Source: Tubulanus polymorphus (Eukaryota; Animalia; Nemertea). From it: a stretch of 64,000 nucleotides of DNA. Each line of letters opens with the position of its first letter. Position 1 is the stretch's first letter. The stretch spans positions 16,430,110-16,494,109 of the forward strand of contig NC_134030.1 of assembly GCF_964204645.1 (NCBI RefSeq), given 5' to 3'. Positions 23,997 through 38,300 of this stretch are shown piece by piece. Position numbers and translations under genes: made by a program. Under the pieces are notes generated by a model. That model searched no databases. It was not told the DNA's origin and was given only the letters and a program-made list of their open reading frames with translations.

Positions 23997-25055
23997 CAGG
24001 GGCGTAGCCACCTAAAATTCAATCGTGCAACAATCCGGAGCGCATATCCAAACGAGCGCCGAAGACGCGATGTCTAGAAGGGGGGTTTGGGAAATTTTGA
24101 ACATTAAAACGTCAGAGATGCGTTCTGATGAGATGCGTTCTGATGATATCTGTAGATAATATAATGCCTCTAAGGTTATCTTTGGTCTAGGGACGGATCC
24201 AGATGGTTCACCATCCCAGAGCGGTTTCTGAGTCCTGCTGAACTGGAAGGGCAACTATATCATAGCACAAAACGGGGGACCAGGGGGCACTCCCCCAGAA
24301 AATTTTGATTTTTCAAGGCTCGGGGCATAAAATCTATCCCCCTTGAAGTTAATTATTTTCGTTTAGATTCATTTAGACCATTTTCTATACTACTTCCAGA
24401 ATACTTGCCCGGAATAAAACATTCATGTTAGTACAAGAGCCTGTCAAAATCACGAACTAGAAAAATAGAAGGGCAAACCTGAGTACCCCTCGATATAAGT
24501 GGTAGGCTGGATCTGCTATTGACCATTTATTGATGAATACGTAGTAAACTAATGTTAGCTTATTGTACATCAATACCGTACTCTCTCGATTTTCTCGGTT
24601 TCCATGTCACGGCACTTGAGCAGAATCATCAATCATCAAGCATTACAGAGATAGGATCGTTTCCAGCCTTTCTGTATAGTATAGTTAAACGACGGGCGCG
24701 CGTTACATCATGGGTAAAACATTATAAAACATGGCGGATTATCGAAGTAGGAACAACGTATCGCTGGTGAATTATTAAATATTTATCCATTATCAAAGCC
24801 CATATTCAAGTGCCTGTGCGTAAACACTATAAACAAAACTCGCTTGAATCACTGGGCTGGATGTGGCCTACACCGAAAATCTCAAGTGCATTACCAACGC
24901 CTCCGTATTAGCACCACTGACATCTTCATAAGAACTTGACCCCCCCCCCCCATGTAAATACAGAATAACGTTTATTATGACGTTTTAGCATAATGGGTTT
25001 TTCAATTATAGGTGCGACATATGTCGCAGTTGTCGCACCGGTGGCTACGCCCCTG
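23997..25055. mobile_element. CAG...CTG MITE with 5-bp TSD
   Basis: 16-bp TIR CAGGGGCGTAGCCACC; CAATA at 23992-23996 and 25056-25060. Confidence 0.8.
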
Positions 25056-25089
25056 CAATACTGATAATTGACACTTCAATCATTAAGCA

Positions 25090-25800
25090 CAGGTTGTCAT
25101 TACTATGCTGTTTGCACACATAAGTTTTTTTGTGAAGAATTTACCATTTTTAGACTTATCTCATTGAAACAAAAATAATATAAAATATAATTTAGCAAAA
25201 CATATGTTTTACTTGTAGACTTAATAAATAAATCTGTTGATAGGCATAGACCAATTACTTGTGCAAAAACATATTCACCCTTAAAAGCCCACAGTTGATG
25301 TAATCTAATATACCGGTAGCCTTCAGGCATAATGATTGATGGAATAAAGATCAATTTTGACATTTAACTGACTTATCAAATGACTTCATTGATTTGATTG
25401 ATATGCTGATAAAAACATAAAAAGACTTTCAAACTTGACCCATTAAAACTGTTAAAGTAATCATACTCCCAAAATGGGAATACTCAAATTTACACCAAAT
25501 CCACACCAAGATATAATACTCTTCTCTACAAAATCTTGTCCTGAATGGACATCGATCCTTATCCATTACTTGATTAATGAATTAATAGTTTCTTATTCTA
25601 GGTTAAACGTTTTCTGTCATTTAGCTTTTTAAGTCCATGTCATATACAAATTACATGTTGTACTTAGTTCAGTAACAATGAAATACATTGTTGATTTAGA
25701 AAACGCACAATTTAGTTTGCACTTAAAAACAAAACAAAAACTCATTGCTTCAAGAAATGCTGATAAGTGCAATTATTTGAGTGGCCAAATTCAGGGAATA
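25090..25800 (-). pseudogene. Older, deleted paralogous copy of the EnSpm-like transposase
   Basis: 25527-25570 resembles 33083-33128 (ctacaaaatcttgtcctgaatggac); 25737-25758 resembles 33328-33349 (ctcattgcttcaag). Confidence 0.6.
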
Positions 25801-25809
25801 CTTTTTTGC

Positions 25810-26004
25810 GTGAACACCCACAATATAAATCCAAAAACAACAGTTATTGTTTTATTTTAACGTTTCGGGTGGAATACTTCCACCCATCTTCAGAGATTTA
25901 TTTCAAGTTAAAATTAATCTCTGATGATGGGTGGAAGTATTCCACCTGAAACGTTAGAATAAAACAATAACTGTTATTTTTGGATTTATATTGTGGATGT
26001 TCAC
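25810..26004. ncRNA. Inverted pair of Penelope-like pseudo-LTR ends, each with a minimal type I hammerhead motif
   Basis: ~90-bp inverted arms; + strand CTGATGA-T-GGGTGGAA-GTA-TTCCACCT-GAAACGTT (25921-25955); the minus-strand copy has CTGAAGA; AATAAA follows each motif. Confidence 0.7.
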
Positions 26005-26817
26005 ACAATTATATTCAAGACAGGAAATATAATATTCTCAACTATTTATACTACATAGTATAGTGAAACTCAAATACATATCATATATACCAACAAAAAA
26101 AAATTACATTCACCAATATTTTTGATCCATAAATTTAACTTGTTTTGAACTACAATAGAGCCTGCAAACTCGAATTGATTATGCGAATGAATTCTATTTC
26201 AAGTTAGCCCATGTATCAAGAGAATGATGGATGATATATAATATCATGAACTGAAAATGATATTCAAATTCAAACTTAATGAATTCGTGTTGGATAGGCG
26301 CTAATGTATTAGTAGAAACATTAGAGTTACACAAACTACCCTTAAGATAATACCATAAAAAACTAATTTTCATGAAATAATCAGGTAATGAATATTTCTT
26401 TCGGCAAATATGAAACTGAAATGACTTAATTAACAACACCTCATAAAGTATGTTCCACCAAAATGATTCCTCATAATTCCTGCATAATTAATTTCTTTTA
26501 AAACCAATTTTTGATTATGAGTATTAGAAGGGCAATGTGGTAAAACTCTGGTCACCCACCACCTTTTAATGAATTATGAATTAAATGAATCCATTTACAA
26601 GATTCACACATCAGATGAATTTTGAAAATGGGGTTTCTCATTCAATTCATAAATTAAACAAGAAAGAGTGGAATACCCCAATTTTTGCACAGAGCCTTAG
26701 AAAATATGAAGAATTTTTAGGTGGAACTTACTTTTTGTTAGGAATTAAAATTAAAAATTATAAAGTTCATGGGTCCGCTTCATGAGTCCATCAATTCGAT
26801 AGTTGTTTTGGAAGAAT

Positions 26818-29800
26818 CTACATCAGCACCGCTTCAGCCAGAGCAAGGACCTTTGGGTTAATCACCATTCCAGCTTTACGCTTCTTCTTTATCAGGACTT
26901 TAGAAGAATCCTGGTTTTGGAATTTGAGGATTAACCTGCAATTAAAAATAAAACAAGTTTTTGACCAAAACAGAGAAATTTTGGAAAGATTGCATGGCTT
27001 CGTTAAAAGGATTAAGAAAAAGTTACCTTTGGAAGTAATCCAAAGATAGCGCTGCTGCCTCTGAGAATTCAAAATTCATAACAAAAAATGATGCAAAAAG
27101 CATCATCCAGCAACATTGAGATCTCAAATCATCCTTGGCACACATTTCCCATCTATAAACAGACTGAAATGACGATTTCCAAATGGATGTTCAGTACCTG
27201 AAAAAGCAAAGTGTTTATTGGTAGAGTTATAGGGGTTAAGCTTGGAGTGATTGTTGACTAGAGAACAAATGAAATATGAATGCTTTGAGTTTTCTGTAAT
27301 CGTCATAATAGTTACTTCGGTTCATTTACATGAGAATTATAATCATGTTTTTCAAATTTAGAATTTCAAACTGTCAACATGGCTTTGCATAGGCTTTTTC
27401 TTTTGAAGAGTCCATTTTTCTTCCCTGATAATTGCATATATAATTTACATAGATAAGTGATTCATAAATGATTAGTATTTACTATACGTACCCACAGAAA
27501 CAATATATGTAGTCATATTGTCATGAAAGGTAGGCATGCTGTCCTGAAAAAGAATGGAAAATTAAATTGCAAAGGAAAAATAAAACTACAGTACTACTGT
27601 ACAGCAATAATTCTAAAGTATGTTTTATGAATAAACGTATAATGTGGTTCAGGTATTCTAGCCAGCAATTTTTCATCGGATATGTAAGATTGGGAGGAAA
27701 TGGATATATAAGTTTTGCAGGAACCTTTTCGTCACAATTCAAGTAATTATTGGTGTTTACATAGTGAAATAGCAACTCATTCATAATCTGAAATTGAATT
27801 TGGCTTAAATACCTATGATTAGGCTGAAAGATTGATACCTTATTTCTCTTTCTGTTGAGATAATAGTTAACCTGGCCGGCCACCTATCTACCCTGTACAT
27901 TATTCTTTTTTAAATCATAATCAGAGGCGCTATAGAAGTGAACTGATTACAAATTTTATTGTAGTTTACAAAAGTGACCCTGCCGATTAGGAGAAATAAT
28001 GTAGCATTTTTTTAGCCTGAAACTCGATTTATCAGGATCCAGTTCAACAGTTACAGGTAGAATCAATGGGACTCGGGAGTTAATTACCACGTAATTGAAA
28101 ATTAAAAGTCTAACCGAGACATGAATTGTGGAACTGGGTCCACTTGTAACCCTAAAGAAAGGATTTACCAACAAACATCTAACAACATTTTACAACGAAA
28201 ATCTATGAATAAATAAGATCATCAATCAACAAATTATCTTGACAAATAGAAACATTAAACGGAATCATAGTATATGAAAAAAGAAGAATTTTTACCTTCA
28301 TACATATCAGCGAATCGATATTTTCTGCGAAGTGATGGCACAATAGCCAGAGAGCAGCATATGGCTGAACATCAGAATCCTTATCTAGGCCTTCAGGAAA
28401 TGAATCTTTGGCCTTGCCTTTGTTCTTGATCATATAATCATGCAGTTCACACGTTCTTGTCTTACTAATTCTCTCAAACCTTTCCTTTAAGTCCAATCCA
28501 AATTCTTTTTCAAAAAAGTTTAAGAAAATGTCTTCAATCATGAATAATGGCCAGCCTAGAACAAACTCACTGATACACAATTTTTTCAAATCAAATTTGA
28601 TTAGCTCTCTCATTGACTCTTTGTCCATGAGCTCATGAGCTTTCTTCAAATCATGAGGCAATACAAGACTCATAGCTTTGAGTTCATCTTTTATGTCACT
28701 AGCAACAGCAGGGGGTGGTTCAGCAACCACAGTCGGATTCGGTTGTCTTCATCACCTCTGTTTTCATTATCTCGAAAGGCTTCCAATGTCAAAATGATTT
28801 CTTCAATTCCATTGCTCATCTGAACCCCATCGATTACTTTTTTGAATGCATTTGGATATTTGGACACAATTTTCAGACTTATTTCTCTAAATTGCTTTCT
28901 TCCAATGCAAAAGATATTCGTGAACACAGATTTCAAAAACCTTAGCCTACTTTTTTTATCAATCGGTAAGTTTTTAGCATTGGTTGACGTCTATGACGTC
29001 ATGCCAATGCTAGTAAAATGGATCGAAAATAGTAGTACGAAAAAATAGCGCCGACTCTTCTCATTTTCATAGTAACTTCAAATTGTCACTCTGTTCACGT
29101 AAAACATTAGAAACAGCTGAAAATGACTAAAAAATGTTTCAATTATTCCCCACAACATAGCGTCGCCAGATTTCTGATTTAATGGTCCAAAAAGTTATTC
29201 GATCGCATTTTTCTCGTTCATTATCGTTTATAAATATCACAGTGTTTGGATATCACTGTTATTCCAACTATCAGTATCCATGGGATTATTTGGGATTAAT
29301 TCTCAGCGTCAGAATACGTATTTCTAGAGCAGTGGAACGGCAGCCTACTCGTGACTGAAACCCGTATGTGATCGTGCGGGAACGCCTTTACTAAAGTTAA
29401 AACCATTTCATGATGACACAAAACATCAAACGGTAAACTGTAGGCTACCACCATGATACGATATCACCAATAAAGATAGATCATTTTATTCAATTTTACC
29501 AGAGTTGTTTATTGGAGGAAAATATCATTGTTAAGTACGCCGAGAAAAACCATGTTGTATTATCAATCAGTTGACTGACATTGTAAAATTCGATTCGGCT
29601 ATATTCTAATATAAGTTTTCTTTTAAGGACGCCCTACCCGCCTGCTGCGCACTCATAAGGCGGTAGCACCCTCTTACGCACTCGGCAGAGATTCGCTTTG
29701 TAATGCGCGCCGGGAAAAAATACCTTTTATTATCTTTTCCATGCGTTAAACAACAGTGATTGAATTTACGCGTTGTTTGTCGTAAATTGCAATATTGCGA

Positions 29801-31165
29801 TGGTTATTTGCCGCTGCTGTATTTTTTTGGAATTGAATCGAGTGGCCTCGGTAGCTCAGTGAGATAAGGCGTGATGCTGTTGAATCAACTATCAATGCTG
29901 AGTTACAAGTGGGTTCGAGTCCTGCTGGCTGCGAACAGTGTGCGGGCAATACTTCAAAGGCCGTACCGTCGTGAGGTTAAATGAACAATCCAATAGGAAT
30001 AGTCTTGGGAAACCAAGATCCAAACGACGTACGTAAAGCCAAACAAACAAAAAGACAAACAAACAATCATCAGTCGGCCTCAGTGACACCAACGCCGGCA
30101 TCGCTCTCTGCGACGTTTTGCATGTGTACATGCATCAGAGTTTGGAGCTCTAAGATCAGAGGGTCTTGCAATTGCACTCAGAACAATCGTTCTGTTTTTG
30201 TTTTCATTATTCAGTGAGGCCTAACAGTTCATTCGTAAAAATGGGTTTTTGTATCCAAATCTTGATTGATAAAAATATCTTGGCTGGGACATGATGGAAA
30301 ACATCAGAATAAACTAGTTTCGTCTTTTTAACAGAATCGCATTATTGTGGTTTAACAGTACAAATAGCCTAGGCTAAATCGTTCGGCAGAAAATAAATTC
30401 ATTTTCAGGAATAAAATCGTACTAGACAAATAGACCTTTAATCATAGAAGATTCGTCATAGAAGATTTGCCGGCGGATGTAAAACATTATAACCACTTAA
30501 TACCACAGTATAATCTACCAATGCTTCAAGGCCCATGCACCTCTTGTTTTGATTATTTTTATCAAGGATTGATATCAAGTTATCAGGAATTTCATCCATG
30601 GGACTTGCATGAGTTTTTGGCTAAATGGCGATTGCTCAGTTGATGATTGAGAGTGTGATAGCTCTGATATTTCGACTGTTTGGATGGTGGAGGTGTTGAC
30701 AATATGACCGTGTCTGCTTCATAATGTGATGGAGACAAACAGGCTACAATATACAATGTAATATATACATACATACATATATAATATATAGCTAGTAATC
30801 AATGGTGGACCTAATTAGTTCAGTTAAAAGAGGGAGAACATGATCTACCATTTTCTTCTAATTTAACAACCACCAATTGATCTTCCATAGTCAATACAAC
30901 TAAATTGAAATATTCTTCGTCAATTTCTGTCCCATCTGGTAACTGGTAATATACACGTTCATCATGAAACTCCAAATCAAGCTTTTTGAGAACTGTAATC
31001 AGGCATTCAAAACTAAATAATGATCTGAAACCGATATAGAATTAACATTACAATTAACATTACAATTTTTTTTCGAAATACAAACTCACCAGACGTAATG
31101 AAATCGTCAAATCCCTTACAATTAATGGGAAATTTTCGGTTTTCATGCTTAACTTTGACAAACAT
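26818..31165 (-). pseudogene. Second, multi-exon gene of the EnSpm-like element with CIDE-N/PB1-like N-terminus
   Basis: Exon 31165-31090 (MFVKVKHENRKFPINCKGFDDFITS, donor GTGAGT) and exon 30992-30849 (..YQLPDGTEIDEEYFNLVVL..) join in phase 1; further coding blocks at ~29070-28300, ~27200-27025 (FFASFFVMNFEFSEAAALSLDYFQR) and ~26935-26818 (INPKVLAL). Confidence 0.6.
29844..29930 (+). mobile_element. tRNA-derived SINE head or tRNA pseudogene
   Basis: A-box-like TAGCTCAGTGAG and B-box GGTTCGAGTCC; no clean cloverleaf. Confidence 0.5.
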
Positions 31166-31234
31166 CTGTAATGATAATTAGGCCCACCAAAACCAAATGT
31201 TATAATGCTCTATTTGAGATTATCAGATATACTA

Positions 31235-33921
31235 TTACAATTTTATGTAATTTTCTGAAACAAACATGTTCTTACCAAAGGAATATGGTATGTCATGCTT
31301 GAGTATAATTATGTCTCCTAGTTTTCCATCGATTTTCATTTGATATACAAATAATGGATAATAGTCCCAGACTTGACACATTTGTAAACATCTATGGCAC
31401 TCTAGATCTTTGAGTTCATACACCCCAGAGGAGGCTATCTTGATAAACTCAATTTTTCCACAAATTAGGCCATCAATGCCATTGACGATTACTAATATCA
31501 TATCTTTGGCATAATCCATATTATAAAACTTCACTCTCTCACAATAAAAATTTTGGTCCACGGAGGGAATGTTGCCAACACATTTTTTTTACAGAGTCAC
31601 AAAATAGATCTTTATAAAAGTGAACACTCTGAGAACAGACTTCAAAATCTAATGCAAACAATGAACCAACAGAATAGAACGCTTGCAGAAGCTGGTGGTT
31701 TTCACAAAGACTTACTTCGATATTGATAAAGTTCTGAAATCGCCTTGCACAGTTTTTAAAGTATGCATGTTTTGATTCCATGCGCATAGTCCAAAGTCTT
31801 ATTAGTGGCCCAAATTCATATGTAAGATCTGCATAATGAGTAATGTAATGGTGTTTAGGGCGTCATTTTACATCTGGAAACAGTCTTACTCGTTCCCCTA
31901 AATATTCATTTATCATATCGTGCATGAATGACAACCTACTCAGTGATATTCTAGGTGCACACACAAGTTCAACAATTTCTCTTAATTTAAGTAGGAGAAG
32001 CCATACACTATCAGTTTTATCTACAATAACATCTCTAATAAACTAGGGAATCATTTGTAGAAAGTTCCAGTTTTGAAGGGCACTACCTCCCAATTTTTCA
32101 AATTTCTTTTTTATTGTACTCGGACGACAACTAGCGTCATGTCCATGAAGTTTTGTAGCTTTGATTTTTTCATTTAAAAATTCCAAAGAAAACCATTTTT
32201 TTGTCTAAATCAGATATTTTAAATAAAGCCCCATATCATATGTTAACACCCCTTCAAATATGTCATGCATAAACATGGAGCCAATCTCGGAGCGCAAACA
32301 TGAAAATTCTGAAGACTGTTAAAAACGCAACTTGATTTAATACCTAAATAATGTTGTAGCTCTGGATTATCTTCAAGATATTTCAGGGCACCATTGTAAC
32401 TTTTAATTGAACGTAAACCTTTTGGAAGAAAATTACCCTTTTGTAGATCAGGACTTTCAAAAAAACAAAAACGGTATATGTGCTTAGTACTACTAAAGGT
32501 TTCAAAAAAACCCACCAATGAAGTGGTGGCCTAGATTATCACCGATGATACAATGCACAGAACATAAAACTTGACCGACGCCATTAACTTCTAGACTTGT
32601 ATTCTCTAGATATCTTAAATCATCTATCAGTTTTCTAAACACAACTTCTGATTTAAATTCTTTTAGTACATCTTCCTTAACTAACATGCACAATGGAATT
32701 GTGTCAACTCTAGAACGGTTCCAAGGATAGAAATTACCAATTGTGAAATACACAGCAATAAGTTTATGTTTTTTTGCTGCCCCCAAAGGGTTAACTATCT
32801 CAAATCCATCCTGATAAAAAGCAAGTGTATAGCAGAAGGGTTGTCTTTGCAAAATTGACTATCTTTGAACAGATGGCCATCATGAATATCTTGGATTAAT
32901 TGATGTGGGGAAATATCTGGATTTCTATATTGATGTATTACACTTTCATCATGATTAAATAAGTTGAAGAGTATTTCCTGGATAGGAATATAGTAAGCTG
33001 ATACACTTTTATAATTTTTATCATATCCAACGTGTAACCTAATGGGAGCAACATAGTCATATTCACTCTTACAATACTTTTCCCTACAAAATCTTGTCCT
33101 GAATGGACCCTGATCTTTATCCATTACTTTCAGAAATATATTTGAATTTTACACTTCATTGATTAATGAATTAACAGTTTCTGTTTCCAAGTTGTTTCCT
33201 GTAATTTGGTTTCTAAAAGAATTTTCAAAAATTTCCAGTCCATGTGATACAAATTACTTAGTTTAGTAACAATGAATTGGATTGTTGATTCAGGGACTAA
33301 CAATTTTGCTTGGAGTTTCAAATAAAACAAGCTCATTGCTTCAAGGAATAAAGACTCATGGCAACTCAATTCGAAATCACTGCTGCCTGTAGGCCTATCC
33401 GATTCAATAACAGAGTCATCAATAATTTCATTTCCATCGGTATCCATTTCCTCAACATGACCATTTACATATAATTCCTGATTAATCAAATCTGGTGCAG
33501 CAAACTTTGTCATGTGCTTTCTTGACAAATGGCTAGCGAATGATCCTTTTACAGAATAGGAATACTGGCAATCACTGAAGGGGCACCTTACTTTGCACCC
33601 ACTATGGATGTGTTCTTTCAAATGACGTAACAGATTATCTACAGTTTGGAATGTTGAATCACAATTTGTAACTGTACACCGAACACTTGTATCAAGAACT
33701 GGGAGTCGTGCAAATCGATGTGCCTTTCTGAAGTCAGTGTGGCTCCGAGATATGTGCATATTCAAGGATTCGTATGTTCCACATTTGGCTCCACATTGAA
33801 CATATGGACAGGGAAACAACAAATTTGCTACATTACGGTGGAATAAGTAATGGTGACAGTACGCCTTGAGTGATTTGGCAACGTTATTGCAAACGTGACA
33901 AGAATAATTATGCGAAGACAT
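31235..33921 (-). pseudogene. EnSpm/CACTA-like transposase with N-terminal C2H2 zinc fingers, frameshifted
   Basis: Four C2H2-like fingers; FYQDGFEIVNPLG..KKHKL; GDNLGHH; PKHHY..HY...FGPL..LWTMRMESKH. Confidence 0.85.
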
Positions 33922-33950
33922 GCTCTAAAAAAGAAAAAGTATACTAACAT

Positions 33951-34057
33951 AAAAACCCACTATGTACAAATTAAAAGCTTCTTTTAAAATTATTTTCGTT
34001 TGAATAAATAAAATTCTCGATTTTAAAATTCTTTTAATTTGTACATAGTTGGTTTTT
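33951..34057. repeat. Small AT-rich inverted repeat
   Basis: AAAAACCCACTATGTACAAATTAAAAG ... CTTTTAATTTGTACATAGTTGGTTTTT. Confidence 0.75.
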
Positions 34058-35300
34058 GATGGGTTTCGTCGTCAGACGAACCCATCTATGGCATCGTCGT
34101 CATGTCTGTCTGTCTGTCTGTCCGTCTGTGGATGTTTCTTTATGACACGATTTAAGCTGTTTGTGTGAACCGACAATTCTGTAATTTCACACAGGTATTC
34201 TCTACTTGATGTAGATGGTGCAGCTTGGTTTATATTTGATTCCGATGGTTATAAGTGCTCTAATTTGGTTAAAAGATGATTAACATTACTCGCTAGTTCA
34301 AGCCGCTGTATAGCGCGTTGCTACGACGACGCTCGATCAACATACTGGTACTCGCTGTGTAATACTGAACACGTATATACCTGTAGATATTGATCGTACT
34401 AGCACCGGTTTTAGATAGCGCGCGCGCTGATCGGTTTTAACACTTCTCGGAACTGCTGTGCTAAATGCTGAGAGGCCGAATCTATGCGCAATCATTTATT
34501 GGGCTCGTCACATTTGATAGTGAATGGATAAATAACCGGTGTCAATGACGGTTGCTACTCCCCATCAGTATAACTCATCAGTATAAAAAATAATTCTTTT
34601 GAGTTTTTTTTTTCAATCCCCGAAGTTGTTGTTACTATGTTGACCTCGCCGTTTTATAAGCTTACCGATGATTCTTCTAGTATTTTCAGGGTCACAAGAC
34701 ATGACGAAGTCGCAAAGTTTTGTACAAATTTCACGAAACAAACAATTATTTAGGCGGCACCTGATCTATTGATTAATTATGATAAATAATGTTTATTTCA
34801 TTAAAAATTTGTTTTATTCAAACACTACTTTCATCGCACATAGCGTGATCGGTAGGCCCTACTATTCTACGGTAGGCCATGGACTCTTTCATGTGGTAGC
34901 CCTATTACAAATGATACAATCCACGCGTCCGTGAATAAGTGACACGTGGTGGGGCGGGTTGTGAGGAGCATCGAAACTAATCCGTCACAAATAATAGATA
35001 GAAAACAATACCTTAAGAGGTTAACTTTTATTAACATCATTACCAAATCAAAACCTGCACATCCTATCATAAATAGAAATTCTAAGAATTTATTTCAAAG
35101 AATAATAAATTACGTCTAAATATTGGGATTCGAACTCGTAGCATCGATTCAGGTGCCTTTCCCAAAGCGGGTATCCCGCGGGGAAAACCCATTACTATTT
35201 ATATCGAGAATCGCCTTTTTGACAGCGAGTTCGGTGAATGAAACAGAAACAATTACACAGAAACCCATCATGGAAAGTTTCTTTCTGGTTATCTTATTGT
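34053..35300 (+). mobile_element. Helentron-associated (HINE/DINE-like) non-autonomous element
   Basis: T-run start, subterminal IR GATGGGTTTC (34058) / GAAACCCATC (35260), 5' hairpin, (TGTC)n microsatellite, 3' hairpin. Confidence 0.65.
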
Positions 35301-38300
35301 TCGTTCACCACATCTGAGTGTGGTTATCATACTAAAAAGTATACTATACTAAATACTATCATTAGGCCTATATGATGCTATCATAATGAATTTAAACCTT
35401 TTACTACAAGGATTCAATGCCCTCTGTGGTACTTATATGCTAGTTTTATCATTCCTCCACAGCGATTTGTAAAGAAACTCATTTAATCCATGACATGTAG
35501 CCAGGCTTAAATGTCATTCAATGGTATATAATGAGGCAATAAAATCGAATTGAATTGATCGACGCTAATAAAAGTCATGAATTCCAAACACATTACATTC
35601 ATGATCGCGGTATACTTATGATAAATTTAAATGCATGCGTGCTGTTTACTTGTCGTTAAATTAAATAAATCTCCAATACTGTAAAATATCGTCTTTGCAA
35701 ATGATCCTTTCAAAATCTTTTTCTCCTGTCTTTCGAATATCCTGGTGAACCTCGATTTGGATAACGACGTCATCAAAAACGATTTTCAGAATTCTGTGAA
35801 ATAACGTACCAAGAATATAAGTGGGTTCAAATCCTTTAATTCGCAAATTTTACCGATACAAACATTTTATGCGAGATTGTGTTTTTTATGATCAGTTCAT
35901 ATATTTTCAACATAGCAATGTAGAAAATGGTAGCTGTATAACGTTATTTAACGACTACAATTCTTGCAGCCAATGGGAGACAAAATTTCAGGGCAGACCC
36001 ATGGTCAAGTTAACCATAATCAGTGGCCAACAGTTTTTCAGGTACACTTCAAAGTTTATTAAATTCAATACGATTGCAAAATGCGTCCCTTGTTTTTGGT
36101 GGAATGCGACGTTAAATAACCTATTTTCCATTTATCAGTGATTATCTGGCATCTGACTGATCTCATCCGTTGGGTGACGGATTAGCCAAAAATCAAGTCA
36201 GATTTGATGGATTTCCGATGAAATACGGAAAAAACGTAGAGAATTCAAAGGTTTTTTCCGTAAAAAAACGGAGACTTTTAACAGTGTAGTATTTGTTATC
36301 ACGTGCAATTTTTGCTTATATATGAGGTTGTTTATAAGTGAGGCGTTTACTTGTGTGATCTGTATTCAGTCCAATTTATTCAATCAATTGCCGTGTGTAA
36401 ATCACCGCACAAATTTCAATGGTTGATGCTTTTAAGCAGATAAGTTGATATTCTTGTTCGCCCACCTGATGCTCATATTCAATTATGGCCGACACCATCT
36501 ACTTTCAACGCAGGAATTTCTGTATACACTATAACTTAAAAACCGTTAGAGATAAATTCATGAAATTTTTATGGTATGTGTATGATGATATGAAAAAGAA
36601 CTGTATTGTTCTGGGAACTTGTACGATTCAAGATGGCCAACTTTTGATATACTTTCTGATCAAAATGGCATGTTTTGAACTCTTCATTGATACGCTGTCT
36701 TCTGTACTTATTGCAAATGCTTCATCTGTTTCTTCACCTTGTTTCTTCACTCACCTGGGGTTTTTGGCTCGCTTAATCAATACACTATGCTCAAAGCTAT
36801 TTTCAGCACACTCAAACGCAATTTCAATAGCCTGTAATTTCACTACTAATGGGTGAAATGAACAGATTAAACAAAACCATATTTCCTAATTTGTCTGTCT
36901 TAATGGTGTGCAAAGTTGAAAACCGTGGGTTTCATATTTTTTAGAAATTTACCAAAAAATTTCATAAATTTGATTTATTTGAGCATGTTTTTTTATGCAG
37001 CATCTTTAACTGTCAAAATTACACATGTGAAAATTCAATGCTATTTGCATCAGAAGAACTTTATATCCCCAAAATCCGACGCTTTGTTCGGTAAGACCAA
37101 ACCCCCCAAAATCTCAGTTATATATAATTTGTGTTGACCCGGTTTGAACTCCATAATGACGTCATAGCATTCGTTGAATATGTAAATGAGGTGGATCTGC
37201 AGGTGCTAAACAAACAAACAAAATGGCGGCTCATTTGATATCATCATCTCTAGCGCGAATACTGATACTCGAGGCTTATGACATAACGATTTATTGTGTG
37301 CGATGTGTTCAATGATTCATTTAGTTTTGATATCCTGTGCATAAGGTATTGTTGCATCAAGATATCTGATGAAAATGTGGTTTCAAAATGTGGAAATTTA
37401 CTTCCGTGTTTGCCACACTGATGATCGAATTTTTAGAGATGAGTCTATATACTTGTTTTATCGTCATTAATTGAAGAATTTTATTGACGTACGATATGTT
37501 TTGGAGCCTGATTATTTCTATTAGCTTAACTGCGGCACAGCGATGAGCATTCGCGTTGAAAACAGTCGGGTACAGTCGCGAAGGCGATATCACCGTATAC
37601 TCTCATGTTCACTGCGTGTATATATCAGTTAAAGATAACGCGCGCTACGGTGTAAATCGCGCGTTACGGCGATTTGTCTGAGTGAAGTTGTAAGCTACTT
37701 AAAGCAATCCTATCGTGAAATTATTAAAAACCATGTCAGTCGCTAAATTCAGTCAAAATTCAGTAACCGGCACTGGCCTCAAATCTGCAGAACTTGGGAG
37801 CTTCTGTCCTGATTGGTCCGTATGATAATGAAAAACCTCCGATGAAACCTAGGCTCTCACCAAATTTGTACTGTATCTTAACGGGTCACTCATAGTTTTA
37901 GTTGTTTTACGTCATTCCAGGGATGTATTAAAGTTACGAACATATGTTCAGACAAAAGGCCCATAATCAATTTTTCGAAGATTTCATTCTCGTCAGTTAT
38001 TATGAAAAGTTCACACTGACCAAAATTCAGTCCTTATTTATATATTGTTTATTTATAATGTTTATTTTCTATATGGGTCAATAGTACAGAAATCAGGAAG
38101 TTGAGTCAACTTAGCAACTTCTCTGCGAAAAGTTGTTTGCTTGATCCGAGCATAGCAAACTGATGCATGTGGCAAATCTCTTTACTGCCATTCTGCCAAC
38201 AGTCATGTGGTTGGAACTACTTGTACTTATTTAAACTGTTCTTATATCGTCTGCTCAATTACTCATTTTCCCCACAATTCGTTCCAGATCCCATTTGTCT

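Larger units (their letters stand above)
23467..36286 (-). mobile_element. EnSpm/CACTA-like (CMC) DNA transposon, decayed, with nested insertions
   Basis: Imperfect TIRs (C/T)ACTGTTAA..., TA on both flanks; encloses a transposase and a second spliced gene. Confidence 0.7.
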
